A DNA stretch of 63,428 nucleotides, filler included, from Rhabdomonas costata (GCA_019059605.1; 55 parts of 55 records of this genome joined end to end with filler, not necessarily neighbours in it); one strand, 5' to 3'; counted from the whole stretch's first letter, positions 24,558 through 39,643 are shown. Made by a program: numbers and translations. The notes: generated by a model from the sequence alone, not told the origin.

Positions 24558-25192
24558 CGAGAGCAGGAGGTATATCAATGGGTTGTGGGGATGAATAACG
24601 TATGCCAGCTTGCGCCCAAGAGAGTCCCCTGTGGATGTGCGAGGTGCACGCGTGGGGGGCGGAGGTCAGGATGACCGGGATAAAGCCGGGGAGCGGGGAG
24701 GCTGGGAATTTAAACCGCCAGATATTTCGAAGTCCATCCGATAAAACTAGCTGAAAAAACTTCGGGAATGCATTCTTCACTTCCCGCCTTCCCTGAGTTG
24801 CCCAGGCCAGTAGCTTCGCGGCAACTTTCGCAGGAACACGCTTCGCAGTCGAAACATTCTTTCTCACATCGAAAACATGGAGCAATACCAAAACCAAAAC
24901 CAGGACATCATTTCCCAGAGAGCACAGAGGTTGCAATCACACGTCCCAGCCCATCCACGGGTGCGTGAAAACGTGATGACCTCCCGACTTACCATTCAGC
25001 AGCGGCTGGCAAGCGCAAAACGCCACTCCCACCAAACATCACCCGCAGCGGGCACACCCAGTAGGCTGAAGAGGTTGTAGCCCACAAAGTACCAGTCGTG
25101 TGGTACCAGCAGACGGTCCTGCACGCTGCGGCCCAGCAGGGGCACCTTGCTGCCATCAAAGATGTACAGCAGAAGACCTGCGCCACCACACC
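24558..25192 (-). CDS. Multi-pass membrane protein, possibly battenin/CLN3-related, partial; exons ~25192-25058, 24628-24558
   Basis: LLLYIFDGSKVPLLG...HDWYFVGYNLFSLLG|DSLGRKLAYVIHPHNPLIYLLLS in frame across GT-AG; family call tentative. Confidence 0.45.
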
Positions 25193-28100
25193 ACTCCGCA
25201 CACACAGAGCGAAACAGAGAAAATACGATGAAAAAGCTAAGGAAGTTATGGACTGGAGGATTGAAGCTGGTTATCATGAATGAAAATAGTAATGATGACT
25301 GCAACAACACAANNNNNNNNNNNNNNNNNNNNNNNNNNNNNNNNNNNNNNNNNNNNTTAATTAATTAANNNNNNNNNNNNNNNNNNNNNNNNNNNNNNNN
25401 NNNNNNNNNNNNGTGTGTTGTTTTGTTTGGGATGTAGGTCTCCCGGTCGGTCGTTTACAGGTCGCGGGTCGCCGCCTCGTTGTCAATGAACTCAAACTCA
25501 AGCAAGGTGAGGAGGGTTGATATGCTCCGATTACGGAGGGACGAATTTCCTTGACTGAGCACAACCAGCGTTTTGATTTGGTTCATTTAAGCATACCATG
25601 TTTCGTTTGGAATACGATTAGGAGCTATAGTCTTTTATTACTAATGACTCACGTGGACCTCCAATGGAGTGGAGTGGAGACCCAATGGCAACTTCGCTCG
25701 GTTCCTTCGCGCTCGATTTTTGCTCCCTGGTTTTCTTGTACTGTGGAGACTGGATTTGCAACCACGGATTCTGGTTTCGTTGGGTTTTACATACCGCTGC
25801 CTTTCTCCCATCTCTTTCTGTGATAATTGTTCTTTCAACCCACTCCATGCGCGAATGAAGAGCGAGAACAAAAGGGCAAAGGGGGAGGTCCTCAGCGAAG
25901 CACAAAAAGCTTTAGACGATAGCAGACGATAGCATTGTGCAAAGCGTCATGCGCAGATTGGTTTCTGTCCCCGGTCCACACACACACACACAAGAACTGT
26001 GCAAGACGGAGGTCACATAATCTCCCGCCCGCCCACCTTGCACCTGCTCGTTTGCCTCTCATTCAGGCTCATGAAGTCCTCGACTTTTTATATGGTTGGC
26101 GGATACGGCCGAGTCTGGCCGTTTGTCTCACGCCAATTGTAAACTTTCATGCGTTCCCATATTCAGTGAAATCTATCTGGTGCCTCCCGTTCGAGCTTCA
26201 TGTTGCATGTCCCTGCTTTCACGTTGACTGTACTATTGTTCGTTTTTTGCTGATGCCGTGCAACCGTATGGGGTATCCCGCCACTTCGGTTGTGGGTTGA
26301 CACTGAGAGGCGCCCACTTGCCCTCGCTTCTCAGTGAGTTGATTCTGTGCCGATTCCACCCTGGCTTGGAGTGAAAGACCCACGCGTAGATGGGCGCCAT
26401 GGCATCCCCACCACCACCATTCTAGAATAAACCAAGTAAAAAACAACGTAAACGAAAACACAACAAANNNNNNNNNNNNNNNNNNNNNNNNNNNNNNNNN
26501 NNNNNNNNNNNTTAATTAATTAANNNNNNNNNNNNNNNNNNNNNNNNNNNNNNNNNNNNNNNNNNNNCGTGGGATGTGCCGCCACCCGCTACACCCTTAC
26601 GCTACAAAAGGCACCCCCCCACACACACACACGCAAACACCATATAACACCCTGTAGGAGTGGGAGCGAGCCTCAAAGAATTTTGAAAGCCATTGTGGTG
26701 CAGTGACGGGACTATTGACAGAATCTATTGGCTATTGCGAGCACCTCGGTTGCGCCCACGTTTGCGGAACTGCTATTCCCCCGTGCAGAATTATATTTCC
26801 AGATTGCGGTAAGGCATTTCCACCGCGCGGTAAACTGATGAAAACGCTGAAAACGCTATAATCATGTTTTTGTGAGCAAACAATGCAGGGATCGCTGTAA
26901 AGTAGTGGTTTTGACGAAGAATAATGCCCATTGAGGTGGTTTGTGAGTAAAAACCTATTGGGAAATTTGTTTTCCTGTTATGAGTTACAGCCATGTTTCT
27001 GGGTACCCAAATAAGCGTGTCCACCGCGTTATGTCCTTTGGCAGCGGTTTATAGCCCATGAGGACAATGCCTGATGGACCTGGAAAAAACTGCCTTCACA
27101 ATAACAACATTGGCTGAGAGCCTGGCTGACCGTAAAGAAAAAAGGCATACACATTTTCCCTCAAACAACTTAGTCCCGGTAATGTTGAAGGGGAACCTTA
27201 CCAAACCACAACCGCCGCGGAAAAGAGTAGAGGGTAGCTAGCGGCCCCACCACATGCACACATGCATAGAGAGGGGTTATTTTAGGATCTGACCCACACC
27301 GACATTCACTGCGACCCAAATCACACAGCATTCACCGAAATCTGAGTGTCTGCAACCGCAACATTCAGGTCAACGGGAGGTTATGGCTCTCATAGGTTCA
27401 TATGACTCATATCGTCTGCCTGGATTCCTCACCGAGATTTCTTTCTATCTTTGTGGCCTGCAGTTCATTTCCCTTCCTCTGCTCCCAATGAACCTCCTGA
27501 GCCGACAGCACCAGCCCCAGCCCGGCAGAGCCCAGCAGGTACAGCACCATCACCGCGGCAAACGCCACCCACCGTGCACTCCTCCTCCCCCCCACGGCCA
27601 CTGCCGAGGACGACCCCCACAANNNNNNNNNNNNNNNNNNNNNNNNNNNNNNNNNNNNNNNNNNNNTTAATTAATTAANNNNNNNNNNNNNNNNNNNNNN
27701 NNNNNNNNNNNNNNNNNNNNNNTCAACCTGCACCTGGAAATAATCGTCAGGCTGGTGTTTCTGCCCTGTGGAGACACGAAGGATGCAGTCGCGTAGGGGG
27801 TGCATCCGGAGTAACGTGAACGGCAACGCAGGTATGGTATGCATTCTCTCCTTGAATACTGAGTTGGGGGTTGGAGTTTTGTGTTCTGTTGGATTTTTGT
27901 GTTCTGTATTTGTGTTTTGGGGTTCTGAGTTTTGCATTTGTAGTTAGTGGTTCTGCATTCGGTATTTTGGTTCTTTCTTTGGAGTTCTGAGTTCGGTAAT
28001 TGTGTTCTTGCATTCGGGGTTTGAGTTCTGAGTTCTGGGTTCGGGTTATGAGTTGGGTTTTGGGTGTTGGGTATTCGTTCTTTCGATCACAAGTGAGATG

Positions 28101-29487
28101 GAGTTCTGTGTTGTGGTTCGGTCTTTGCATTCATATTTCCTCTTCTTATGTTGGTTTTTCCATGATGTTATTCTGGATATCCAAGCTGAAAGCAATGAAC
28201 TCCGTGAGCAATGACAAATAATGATGAACAACGACCTCGACGTGAATGGAATTGGCAGGCTGGAATCCAGACGCCCCCACATGAGGATCAACATGAAGGC
28301 CAGGATGACCAGGCCACCGGATCCACTTCGACGGCAACAATTGATGAACGCACTGTCTCAACATAACTTAATTCAAGCGATAAGCAGTGAGATGCGACTA
28401 AGTGGGACGGGCCCATGGTGTCATGGTGATCTGTTTCGTGTGAGTTATGCGCTTAAATGGGACGAGCCCGTGGTAGCAGTAACGCACGATAGCGCCAGTG
28501 GTTCAATGGCTATACACTACAACTGGTTGACGCACACATGCGGAGTACCACGATGGGTATATGCCACTTTGGGAAACCGGTGATGTCAGGAGTCGCCTAG
28601 TCCACGTGACCGAGGAAGCTAGAATGTCAGGCCAAGGCTCAATCCAGCCAACATCAGCAAAGAGGTGGTGTGTTAATGTGGTAGCCATACACCATAGCAG
28701 TGGTAGTGGTACTCATCGAATTAAAGCCAACCATATGTTGATGTCAGGTAGTTGATATGATGACATGATGCACATTCNNNNNNNNNNNNNNNNNNNNNNN
28801 NNNNNNNNNNNNNNNNNNNNNTTAATTAATTAANNNNNNNNNNNNNNNNNNNNNNNNNNNNNNNNNNNNNNNNNNNNCCTTGATTCGCTAAATGAAAAAG
28901 GGTGACGTGACGCGGTGACTCTTCAACCAAATGAAAAGGTTCCCCCCTTTTCCTCTTCCAGTGCGAACTACGTCCAAGCACAAGATAATGTCATGTGCGG
29001 CTTCGCGGAGGAGGGCAACCTCTGTTGTCCGGCTTCCGCACAGTCATCAAGAGCTGGGGAGCTAAGGGCGGGCGTGCTGCGTTTCTCCCGCCCGCTCCCG
29101 GCTCTTTGTCATTCGTCGGCCTCTTGTTTCATAACGTCACCTGCGCCCTGTTTCTGGCCTTCGCATGTCACCCCTGTTTCGTGAATGCGCGGTGTCCGAA
29201 CGTGTAACTTGGCGCCGGCGCGCAGCACTCTTACCTGTTTCTACACTATTGTCGGGTGTTTTCTGTACATGTTGGTCTTCGGATTGTGTAGAAAAAAATA
29301 GAAATATTTTTTTCGTGACTAAGGCGTCCCGCTGTACTAATGGCACCCCGTTTGTGCGGGCCTGCCCTGTTCCGATTTCAGTGCGTAAAGAATGTCGTGT
29401 TAGCTTACAATTGTCAATACTCAACATAGGAGCTTGCAAGGGAGCTTCCCCCTGAAGCTGGTTTGAAGCACCAAGCAAGCCGTGACA

Positions 29488-29627
29488 CCTTGTCTTGGAA
29501 GAAGGCGGCCAAGCTTTGCCGAATTTGAGCAAACTCGGCGTTGCTGATTTCTTTGCAGAACTTCGAAATGTGATCCACCGCGGTATCCACCAACTCGGCG
29601 GCAGAAGGAGAGACCTCAACCGCAGTC
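29488..29627 (-). CDS. Probable exon, unknown helical protein
   Basis: tgcag|...ELVDTAVDHISKFCKEISNAEFAQIRQSLAAFFQDK|gtgtca. Confidence 0.4.
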
Positions 29628-31003
29628 CTGCACAATGCGAAGACAAAGGCATGAACTGGTGAAACGTAACAAGACCAAGCAAACAAACAAGAAGCAAAAG
29701 GAAAACCGGATGGAGTCGAGGTGGTTCATTGTCACCTCGACCAGTTCTCGAGGATGACCACAGGACACAAGTTGATACTTGAACCCCATGGTCATCAGGT
29801 CGTACAGCTGAGCAACAACGCCAAAATGACGTCACCCGCTCAAGAGCGTCCCGCCTTACCACTACCACGGATGCATGGCCAACAAACCGAACCTTGTCCA
29901 TGCTAGACTCGCTCAATCGCATAATGGACGAGNNNNNNNNNNNNNNNNNNNNNNNNNNNNNNNNNNNNNNNNNNNNTTAATTAATTAANNNNNNNNNNNN
30001 NNNNNNNNNNNNNNNNNNNNNNNNNNNNNNNNTGTTTTGTTTGCTATCATGTTTGCCATTTGCTCGCGATTTGGTCTCCTTCCTTGCTTGCTTTAGCTTT
30101 GTCTCGTTCCTCTGTAATTTGTTGCTCCCTTTTTGCAGGGAAACCCGGAGGAGGTACTACAAGCGCATGGGCTTGGACCAGAGAGCACGTGGGGAGGGCG
30201 TGACCTCCACCAGCAGCACAGCAGACGAACAGAAGGAGGAGGAGAGAACACGGACAGCGCGTGAGTTTGTCTGTGCCAAGCAACCAGTGGAAGGGCGTGA
30301 CCTCCAGCACAGCGCAAAGAATGAGGTGTAGGGACACTGCGGTGAGGGCATGTCTGTGGTAAAAACCAACTGTGAGGACGTGACGTGATGTGAGGAAATG
30401 AAGGTGTGCGAGTGGTGGTGAACATTGACCAACGAGGGTGCCGCTTCAAAAAAAAAAGGGGGGGGGGTCAGTTTGGGTCAGTTTTTCTTTCGCCTATTGT
30501 CTACCTCTTTCTCTCCTCCCCCTCAAATCTCCTAAAACGCGTTTGAATTGTTTGCTGCCGTGTTTGGGCAAATTCGACTAGGTAATTGCGAGCAGAAAGG
30601 GGGCTTGTATAGTGTCCGCAGGAGCCGCACCCTTCAATGGGTGATGCAGAGGGTTACCTGGGTTCCAACAGGGTTTGCACGGGCAGAACACCCCTGGCCG
30701 CCGAAAAAATGCAGAACAACAAAGCCTAGGCATCCCAGAAATATACAAGAAATGCAAAGGGAGAGGAATGAAAAAACTGCAAAGAGGAAACCTCTGCTGC
30801 GGAGGCTGAGGTGCTCGGAGTGTCTTTTCCTCGCGCGGTACCGCGGATCGGGCTGAAGGCTCCTTTGCCGCCGAACCCGAGCGGCGACCCTTCGCGGGCG
30901 GGCTCCCCACAGGTTCCGCATTGGAGCAGCTGAAGGCCTTGCAGGGTCCCCTACAACACCAGAGGGAAGAGGGAAGTGGAATGGGGACGAGGGCTCGCTG
31001 AAA

Positions 31004-31055
<52 letters not shown>

Positions 31056-32432
31056 GTGCACTTGGCAAGGATGAGTTTTTTCTGGGGANNNNNNNNNNNN
31101 NNNNNNNNNNNNNNNNNNNNNNNNNNNNNNNNTTAATTAATTAANNNNNNNNNNNNNNNNNNNNNNNNNNNNNNNNNNNNNNNNNNNNCGCTGTGCTGAT
31201 TTGAGTTAATTGTCACTCACCCTCCGCTCAAAAAAAAACTTGCTCTGTGGTCTGCGAGCTGTGTTTACATCTGATTTTTGGGCGTGGTTTGGTTTTGTCC
31301 TTCGGACTGAGTAACAGAGCTTGGGAGGGTGCTGTGCAAGCAGGAGACACTGGGGGAAGAAGGGGGGTGAATAGGAAAGCCGAACCGAAATGTCCCTTTA
31401 TGCATTCATCATGTTCAAGATAAGCAGCTCCAGGAAACTCCACCCCTTTCCCAGCAAAGTTGACACCACCCTTTTTCCACCTTGGCATTGTTTTTTGTGC
31501 TTCTCAGCTATTTTCTGTTGTGCCACTTTACTTTTGGATCTCTTTCACCTTTTAACCTTCGCGGTTGAATTTGTTTTCTTCTCCTTACCTCGCTTTTCGC
31601 AAACATATGGAGCCAGCGGAGGACGAGTTCAACCCGAACGCCGAGGAGGCGAATGCCCCTCTCTACGACATGGAGCACGACGGTTGTCGTATGGCTGCGT
31701 TCGTGTTGTGTGCAATGGGTGTGGCAGTCGTATTGCTCAGAATCGGGAGGAGGGGGGGAAGATGGTTTAGTCATATCTGCAGATCACTTTTACAGCCTTC
31801 ACTTGCTACTGCTTCTACCTCCCGAACAACCTCTGCTGCCTGAAGTTATCCGTTTCAGTTAAATGTGTTCCTTAATGCGTACTGATCCTATTAATTTGGC
31901 CAAATGCTTCATGTTCTCCCCTGTTCCCACTTCCTCAAACACTGCTGGATGCCTGCGACGAAAACCATGTATTCGCAATTTTAAATTCCCCATACCGCTC
32001 TGTATGTATCGTTACGGCGCGCGCGCAATGTGCCCAACACACACTCGCCCACATACACCCCCCCCCGCATCCTTGGACTGGAGAATTGGAGAATTATGTC
32101 GTGGCATCCGGTGGATTTTGATTCGTTTTCAATCCATTCCCATTTTGAAGGGAAAGACGCACAGAAAAACAAACGCGTGGCCATAATTCTTGCTAACACC
32201 CCATGCTCGAATACCCAGCAGCGTCCCCACCCAAACCAAACACCNNNNNNNNNNNNNNNNNNNNNNNNNNNNNNNNNNNNNNNNNNNNTTAATTAATTAA
32301 NNNNNNNNNNNNNNNNNNNNNNNNNNNNNNNNNNNNNNNNNNNNGGTTTTGTGGGTGCAAAAAGGGTGGTAGAAGAACTCGGTTTTCACAATATATGTGA
32401 TCCGTGCGTTGTGGTTGTTGTACGGCGCGGCG

Positions 32433-33258
32433 TTAGGTGTATGAGGTGCCTGATGCTGGCGAAGCGAGCCATGTAGTCACATCGGCGGACGCATTGAGAT
32501 ACAATAGCTGCTCACATTCTGCCTCATGATACCTCTCGATTCTGAGGTCCAGAGCTTGCATCCTGGCAGCGGTGTTATCGCGGGCAAAGTCAGACCCCGA
32601 GGTGGCGGGCACATCTTGGATCAAGGAACTGAGCTCTGTTCGTATGTCCTGTGTGGAGCAAAAGAGCAAAGGCAAACATGTGACCACGCCCTGCTCCCGC
32701 TGTATGAAGACAGTCCTGCGGCTAAGATAGAAATCATTCAGAGAGTGAACATTCCCCCAAAATATATCCAGCATCACGAGAAGCGAGGGTGCACAAATGT
32801 AACATACGACCGTTTTTGAAGGCCAACAACACCCACTGCGGCGCCACTGCTTTCAAAAAAAGCACTGCTGACAAACGAGACTCTCACGTGAAAGTGCAAC
32901 AACACCCCTCACATCCTACGGTATCTTAAACGTGACCTAAAAGGCTCGCTTCTCCGATTGGACACACTCTGCTAAATGATGGTGCGTGTTTGTGTGTGTG
33001 TGTATGCGCGGATTTCCCACTGAGATCCATCTGACATTACACAAGCCCAAATTACTACAGTGCCCCCCCCCTGCCACACAGCAATCCAGCAAAGAAATCA
33101 GTCAGCATAGGCGAGATAGCAAACATAAAATAGTCACATCCAAGCTGCGACCTGCAAAAGGCGAAGAAAGCCAACAGTTGAGGCCACCGCCGCCTCCTCA
33201 TTGCCTTTTGCCAGCGCATCCAACAGATCGGCAGCGCGGGTCAGTGCACACGGAATTT
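32433..33258 (-). CDS. Unknown protein, two probable exons (~33258-33151, ~32648-32433)
   Basis: KIPCALTRAADLLDALAKGNEEAAVASTVGFLRLLQ|DIRTELSSLIQDVP...; phase-0 GT-AG junction. Confidence 0.4.
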
Positions 33259-33499
33259 TCTGCAGAAAAAACGCACGACGCAGCCCCAGTGGAGACGGGC
33301 GACGAATACGAGCAGGTGGAAACAAAGATGACCCTCATGAATTGGGACGCACATTACCGTACCTTCCCTTTACTGAGACGATGTGACCCAAAACCAAGAN
33401 NNNNNNNNNNNNNNNNNNNNNNNNNNNNNNNNNNNNNNNNNNNTTAATTAATTAANNNNNNNNNNNNNNNNNNNNNNNNNNNNNNNNNNNNNNNNNNNN

Positions 33500-34554
33500 G
33501 GTGTTGGGTACACCGCGTAAGAAACATCCCCTTCAGTTCCCCCATCACGCGAAGCATCTCCGCGTCCTCGTTCACCGCTAGTTCAGCTTTCTGAACCTCC
33601 TGCGCCTTCGTCGACCGAAGGTTATCAAGCATTTGCAGCCGGGCCTGCAACGCCTGACGCGTCGTCGCGCTGCGGTCCACGATCTCAATGCGGTACACTT
33701 GGAACCCCGCAACAGGCCTTGCGGCGAATCCACCCCGATAGCCCCCCCGGTTGGCCATCAACTCCACCACCAGCTCTCTCACATCCGATGGGCAGTCTGG
33801 GGAATGCACCAAAAAGCTCGGTCGTGCTCCACCACTACCAACAACTCCGGAGCTGGGAAAGCGGGCCTGGTTCCAGGCATACGGGGCTTGGGGGTCGAAA
33901 AGGCTGGGTGGTTGCACGGCAGAATGCTGCACCTGAAGCTGGCGAACCTGTTGCCTCGCTGCGGCAAGCAAATTCTCGCTTTCCTGCTTTTCCTTTCTGC
34001 AAGTCTCCATGACAAGCTGGGCTTCTCGCTTCTCGTGATCGAACCGTAGCTGCTGAGCTCGCAACTGAGCTAGATCACGTTCCACATTCTGAAGACGACC
34101 CACCTCGTCGTTCTTCGAGGACAGCTCAGCCCGGAGGTTATCGACGACAAAAAAAATCTCCTTAACAAAATCTTCAGAAGGCTCTCGGGCAACTTGGGGT
34201 AGCGCATACATTTCGCAACTGGAGAACTTCGAGCTGAAGTCATGGCCTCCAAAGATGAAAACCCGGTCTATTTGCAGAACCGCACAGGCACCTTGGCGTT
34301 TGTTGCACATCGTCGAGGTAAGCATCGTGAAAGTGTTGCTGCGGGGGTCAAACACTTCGCAACTGGACAGGGTCGTGCTGCCGTCATAGCCTCCAAAGAT
34401 GAGAACCCGCTCTCCATGGACAACGGCGCAGGCACCAATGCGTTTGCTGCACATCGTCGAGGTAAGCATCGCGAAAGAGTTGCTGCGGGGGTCAAACACT
34501 TCACAGCTGGAAAGGATCGTGCTGTCGTCTCTTCCTCCGAAGATCAAAATGCGG
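33500..34554 (-). CDS. Kelch-repeat + coiled-coil protein with additional C-terminal domain, partial, intronless over the whole contig
   Basis: Three IFGG...SSCE kelch units with 48-aa/144-bp period; heptad-rich LRAELSSK...QVRQLQ; ORF open through both contig ends. Confidence 0.88.
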
Positions 34555-36613
34555 NNNNNNNNNNNNNNNNNNNNNNNNNNNNNNNNNNNNNNNNNNNNTT
34601 AATTAATTAANNNNNNNNNNNNNNNNNNNNNNNNNNNNNNNNNNNNNNNNNNNNGGGTGGTTGGATGCAATGTACGATACGCTCCAGTTTCCCGTGGACG
34701 AGATGAACCACCCACTCTTCCTCCGTTCTTCGTCATTTCGCAGCACAGTACAAGTGGAGGCAGAGTGGGTGGTTCATCTCGTCCACGGGAAACTGGAGCG
34801 TATCGTACATTGCATCCAAGCAGCTCACTATAACGAAGGGCGTGCACACGCTGCAGTAGCCGGATCAAGTTGGTTGGGGTTTTGGTCTCATGATGCTGCT
34901 CTGCACCAATTGCCCACGTTTCTCTGATGCTACATGAGAAAGTATGAAGACGCGCTCCTCGCCCTGTCAGCAGATGTGGCAGCAGCTGGGTTTGACCAGC
35001 ACAGTGACTTTCCTCCACAGTGCTGTGGTTTTGGGATGGGTGCCGGCCCCACGCCGCGAGCTGTTTTTGCCTTTTTCTCTTCTGTTTGTTTTTCTCCTCA
35101 AAGAGAGAGTCTCAAGGCGACCCCTCCCGAGCCCCGGCTAGTGGCCAGCGCGGTGGTGGGCTTCCCCGATGCCCCTGGGGTGGCCTCAGTGCTGGAGGTC
35201 ACCTCTCAGGGCACCTCCACCGCCACAGCTCTTCTTCGAGGCATTGTCCCTCCCTCATAGTTTTTCTTTGCATTATTAGTCTTTTCGGACAACGTCACCT
35301 CGCAGTTGGACAGTTCGACATTCTCTTGGGATCTCGGGATGCAAAATGGCGCCAATGTCCGTAGTAATTATGTGATGCTTGCATTTTATGGCAATCTGGC
35401 TTCTTGCATCTTTCGCGTAGCGGGAGCTGTTGACTGACAGTTGACTCCGCAAGCTGAGGAAAGATCACACCTTGCCCACACTCGCATGAACATTTGGAAT
35501 CCCAAATTTTCTCCTACAATCGTTGCCGTTTTACTGCATAGTGTTTCTTCGCCGCAGGACTTTCGAAATCCCGGCAAGTTCCACCCCAGGAAGCCCCTTC
35601 CGCTTCTCCCGAACCTTCTGGGCAGCCTCCAGTCTGCACCGTAACGAAGCTCGAGTACAGGCCCTACTGAGGGGTTTCTGGACGATTCCTGCTTTGCTTC
35701 CAACCAACCNNNNNNNNNNNNNNNNNNNNNNNNNNNNNNNNNNNNNNNNNNNNTTAATTAATTAANNNNNNNNNNNNNNNNNNNNNNNNNNNNNNNNNNN
35801 NNNNNNNNNCTCTGGTTTCTTGCGATACTCGATGGTCCCGTTGTACCTCTGCGCACTGGGTCCGTCTCTACGCGGGTTCGTTCTAGGTCCTCCTTCCTCG
35901 GGTGCACAAAGGGCACCGTTGAAATTTTGCGTGCTATCTCATGCCAGCATCGCACTCCTGGGGCACACGTGCTCGTCTTCCACCTTCTTTCGACTGCGGC
36001 TTTCATCTCTCGCCCCTGGGAGTCTAGGGGGTCCCTTTTCTGCCGTCGGCCTCTTCTGCTCCGCGTCTCTGTTCTCCCTGGATGCTCTATACTTGATCCC
36101 CGCCCCCATTTTCCACCGACCCTTCTTTGCTCTCGGATCCTGGCACTTTCTCTCACGCTACCTGCCTCTCTCACTTGCGATGCTGTTGCACTCAGTTTGC
36201 TGTGTATGTGTGTGTGTGTAAGACGGATATATGATCGGGAGACAAATAAAACGGAGTCCCCACCTATAGAAGTGCTCGGTTCGTGAAGAAAAGCTACCAC
36301 AAGGGGCCGAATCAGAAGGCAGCGGATGAAGGGAGCCAAAAACTTTCAAAGAGAAAGAGAAAGCAGAAAGTGACGGACAGCAAAGTTGGTAATGACCGGA
36401 GTCCCTGGTTGGAGAGGAGTTTCCTTAAAGTTTAGTAAACACAAACCCTGTCACCCCCCACCCCCCCAAAAATATAGGGACCCATGAAAGTAGAGATTGT
36501 CGAGGATCAAGAAACCCACAAACCAGGCGTCGACTTGCGCCACAGCAGTGCGCAGCTAATCTAACGTGGGAGAGAGGTAATGGCAACATTGTCTGAAAAG
36601 GGGGGTGGGAGAC

Positions 36614-36800
36614 CACGGCAGGCGATAAAGGGAACTTGCGAGAGGAGCCTCCTCACCGCGGGGAGCACGGCGGGGTCGAAGAACTCCTTGGCCCAGGACC
36701 ACGCCGAGTCCCCGTTAGTAACGAGGTCCCCGGAGTGCAGCACGAAGGAGCCCCACGAGGGCTGCTGCCCCATCGCAGCCAGCATCGTTGCGGCCTTTGC
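36614..36800 (-). CDS. Calcineurin-like metallophosphoesterase (purple acid phosphatase-like), partial exon
   Basis: FVLHSGDLVTNGD..WSWAKEFF...LLSQVPFIACRG| with the intron at the start of the expected GNH motif; 5' boundary approximate. Confidence 0.75.
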
Positions 36801-36974
36801 GCGAAGCCGAGAGCGAAACGGCGCCGAGGCAGTGACGCAAGCCAGTTTCCACACCCAAAACAACNNNNNNNNNNNNNNNNNNNNNNNNNNNNNNNNNNNN
36901 NNNNNNNNTTAATTAATTAANNNNNNNNNNNNNNNNNNNNNNNNNNNNNNNNNNNNNNNNNNNNGTGTGTTCAG

Positions 36975-37913
<939 letters not shown>

Positions 37914-38287
37914 CTAAGCAGGCCCGGCCGAAAGCTTCCCACCAAGTATGGGCCCTAACCGGCCAGTCTGGCTCACCTTAAATCCGCGACAGGCCCTCCG
38001 GTCCCAGTGAAACCCAACCNNNNNNNNNNNNNNNNNNNNNNNNNNNNNNNNNNNNNNNNNNNNTTAATTAATTAANNNNNNNNNNNNNNNNNNNNNNNNN
38101 NNNNNNNNNNNNNNNNNNNTTGTGGGTGTGAGCAGGATACGATACGGGCGGGGAAACGGGTGACCCTATTTTGTACAGTTCTTGTGTGTGGACAGGGGAC
38201 AGAAACCAACTGTTCATGACACACTTTGCTGCTGTTGTCATGTGCAGGTTTTGTTTCTACTGAAGACGTCCTCTTGTTTTCGCACGG

Positions 38288-38389
38288 TGGTTGCGGTTCC
38301 AGCCTTTCACTTTACCTCCAGCAAAGGCCTCAAACCGCAAAAAGAAACGTCTTCAGTGAAACAACAAACAAACCGGCACATGAAGCAAA
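38288..38389 (+). repeat. Dispersed repeat family A, copy 2
   Basis: Aligns by eye to 334-425 with two short indels. Confidence 0.9.
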
Positions 38390-39643
38390 TTGACTTATAT
38401 CCTAAGAAAGGATGTTTAAATAATGTTCTGTGGCCAGCAGCTTTGAACAAAAGACCAATGGCGCGTCAAATTCGAAACATAGCTAATATAGTAAAATCCC
38501 ATCACAAAGACCTTGACCTTCTGTGGTGAACTTTTGGTCTGGGGCTTGTGGGGTGGGGGTCAGCACTGCCGGGTCACGGCGCACTCCAGCGAGAACCCTG
38601 CGGAGTTCCCTAACCAGCGGAGATTCCGCGTGGAGTTCGAGCCCCACGTCCTGGCCAGGGACGCCCGGCTCAACGAGGCCCGCAAGAAGTGAGGGCCAGG
38701 CCTCTTGGGAACGGTTAACGACTGTCCCACTGTGCTGGGAAGGCCTCTGGGTGCCACTTAGCGACTATTGCTCAATGAGACATGCTTTTGCCTGCCGCTT
38801 CCTGGAGTCCTGCCCAACCTCACTGTACGTATTTACTGAGTGTATTTCGTGTGCGCTGTTTTTTCTTTATTGTGGGCACCGGGTTTGAGGGACCAGCGAA
38901 GTGGCTGCGAGATTGTGGTCCTTTTGGAAGCATCCATTTTGAACGTTGGACAGGGCTGCCTGAAATATTCTGAAATATTCTGAAATATTGTGATGACGAA
39001 CGCCTCGCTCCGTTTTGCTATGGCTGCCTTGTCACCCCTCATCTCGTGTTGTTCGGGGTTGCATCTGTAATTTTGTTTTGTTTTATGTTCACATCTGGCT
39101 CTCACTGGTGTCACTTTCAGTACACGCACACCAGAATTATCGCATTGTAGCTTGATACGTTACGTATTCTATGGNNNNNNNNNNNNNNNNNNNNNNNNNN
39201 NNNNNNNNNNNNNNNNNNTTAATTAATTAANNNNNNNNNNNNNNNNNNNNNNNNNNNNNNNNNNNNNNNNNNNNTTGTTGTGGGCAACCGTTGTCTGAGT
39301 GAGGGGCTTGCTGGATCCTAGTGTAAACGAATAGGAAGAATGCGCATGCGCTCATCAAAAAGGCCATAGACATAGCGCAGCAGTGTACACTCCGTGAACG
39401 ACACAGAATGCGTTCTTTTTAAGTCATGGGGTATTTTTTTTGGATGCAATGGTGCATTTTTGTCCTGTTCTGCGTTGAGACGTTTTGCAGGGCTTTGCTC
39501 TTCTCTTTGGAAAACACGCTGTCCGTGGACCTCACATCCACAGAAACGCTGCTGCACACAGATTGTGCGTCCCTCTCCGTGGACTTCCCCTGATTCTTTC
39601 GGGCCAACCTCTGGGCACCCCTTTCACACCGCAAACAAAATAG

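Noticed and set aside
27341-27351. tctgagtgtct resembling the euglenid spliced leader
   Set aside because: Only 11 nt, with no following T-run or GT donor; expected by chance.
34661-34819. Long terminal hairpins as MITEs, miRNA precursors or terminators
   Set aside because: All sit at contig ends next to primer-like tags, share no sequence with each other, and one (19650) overwrites a coding region; best explained as fold-back chimeras.
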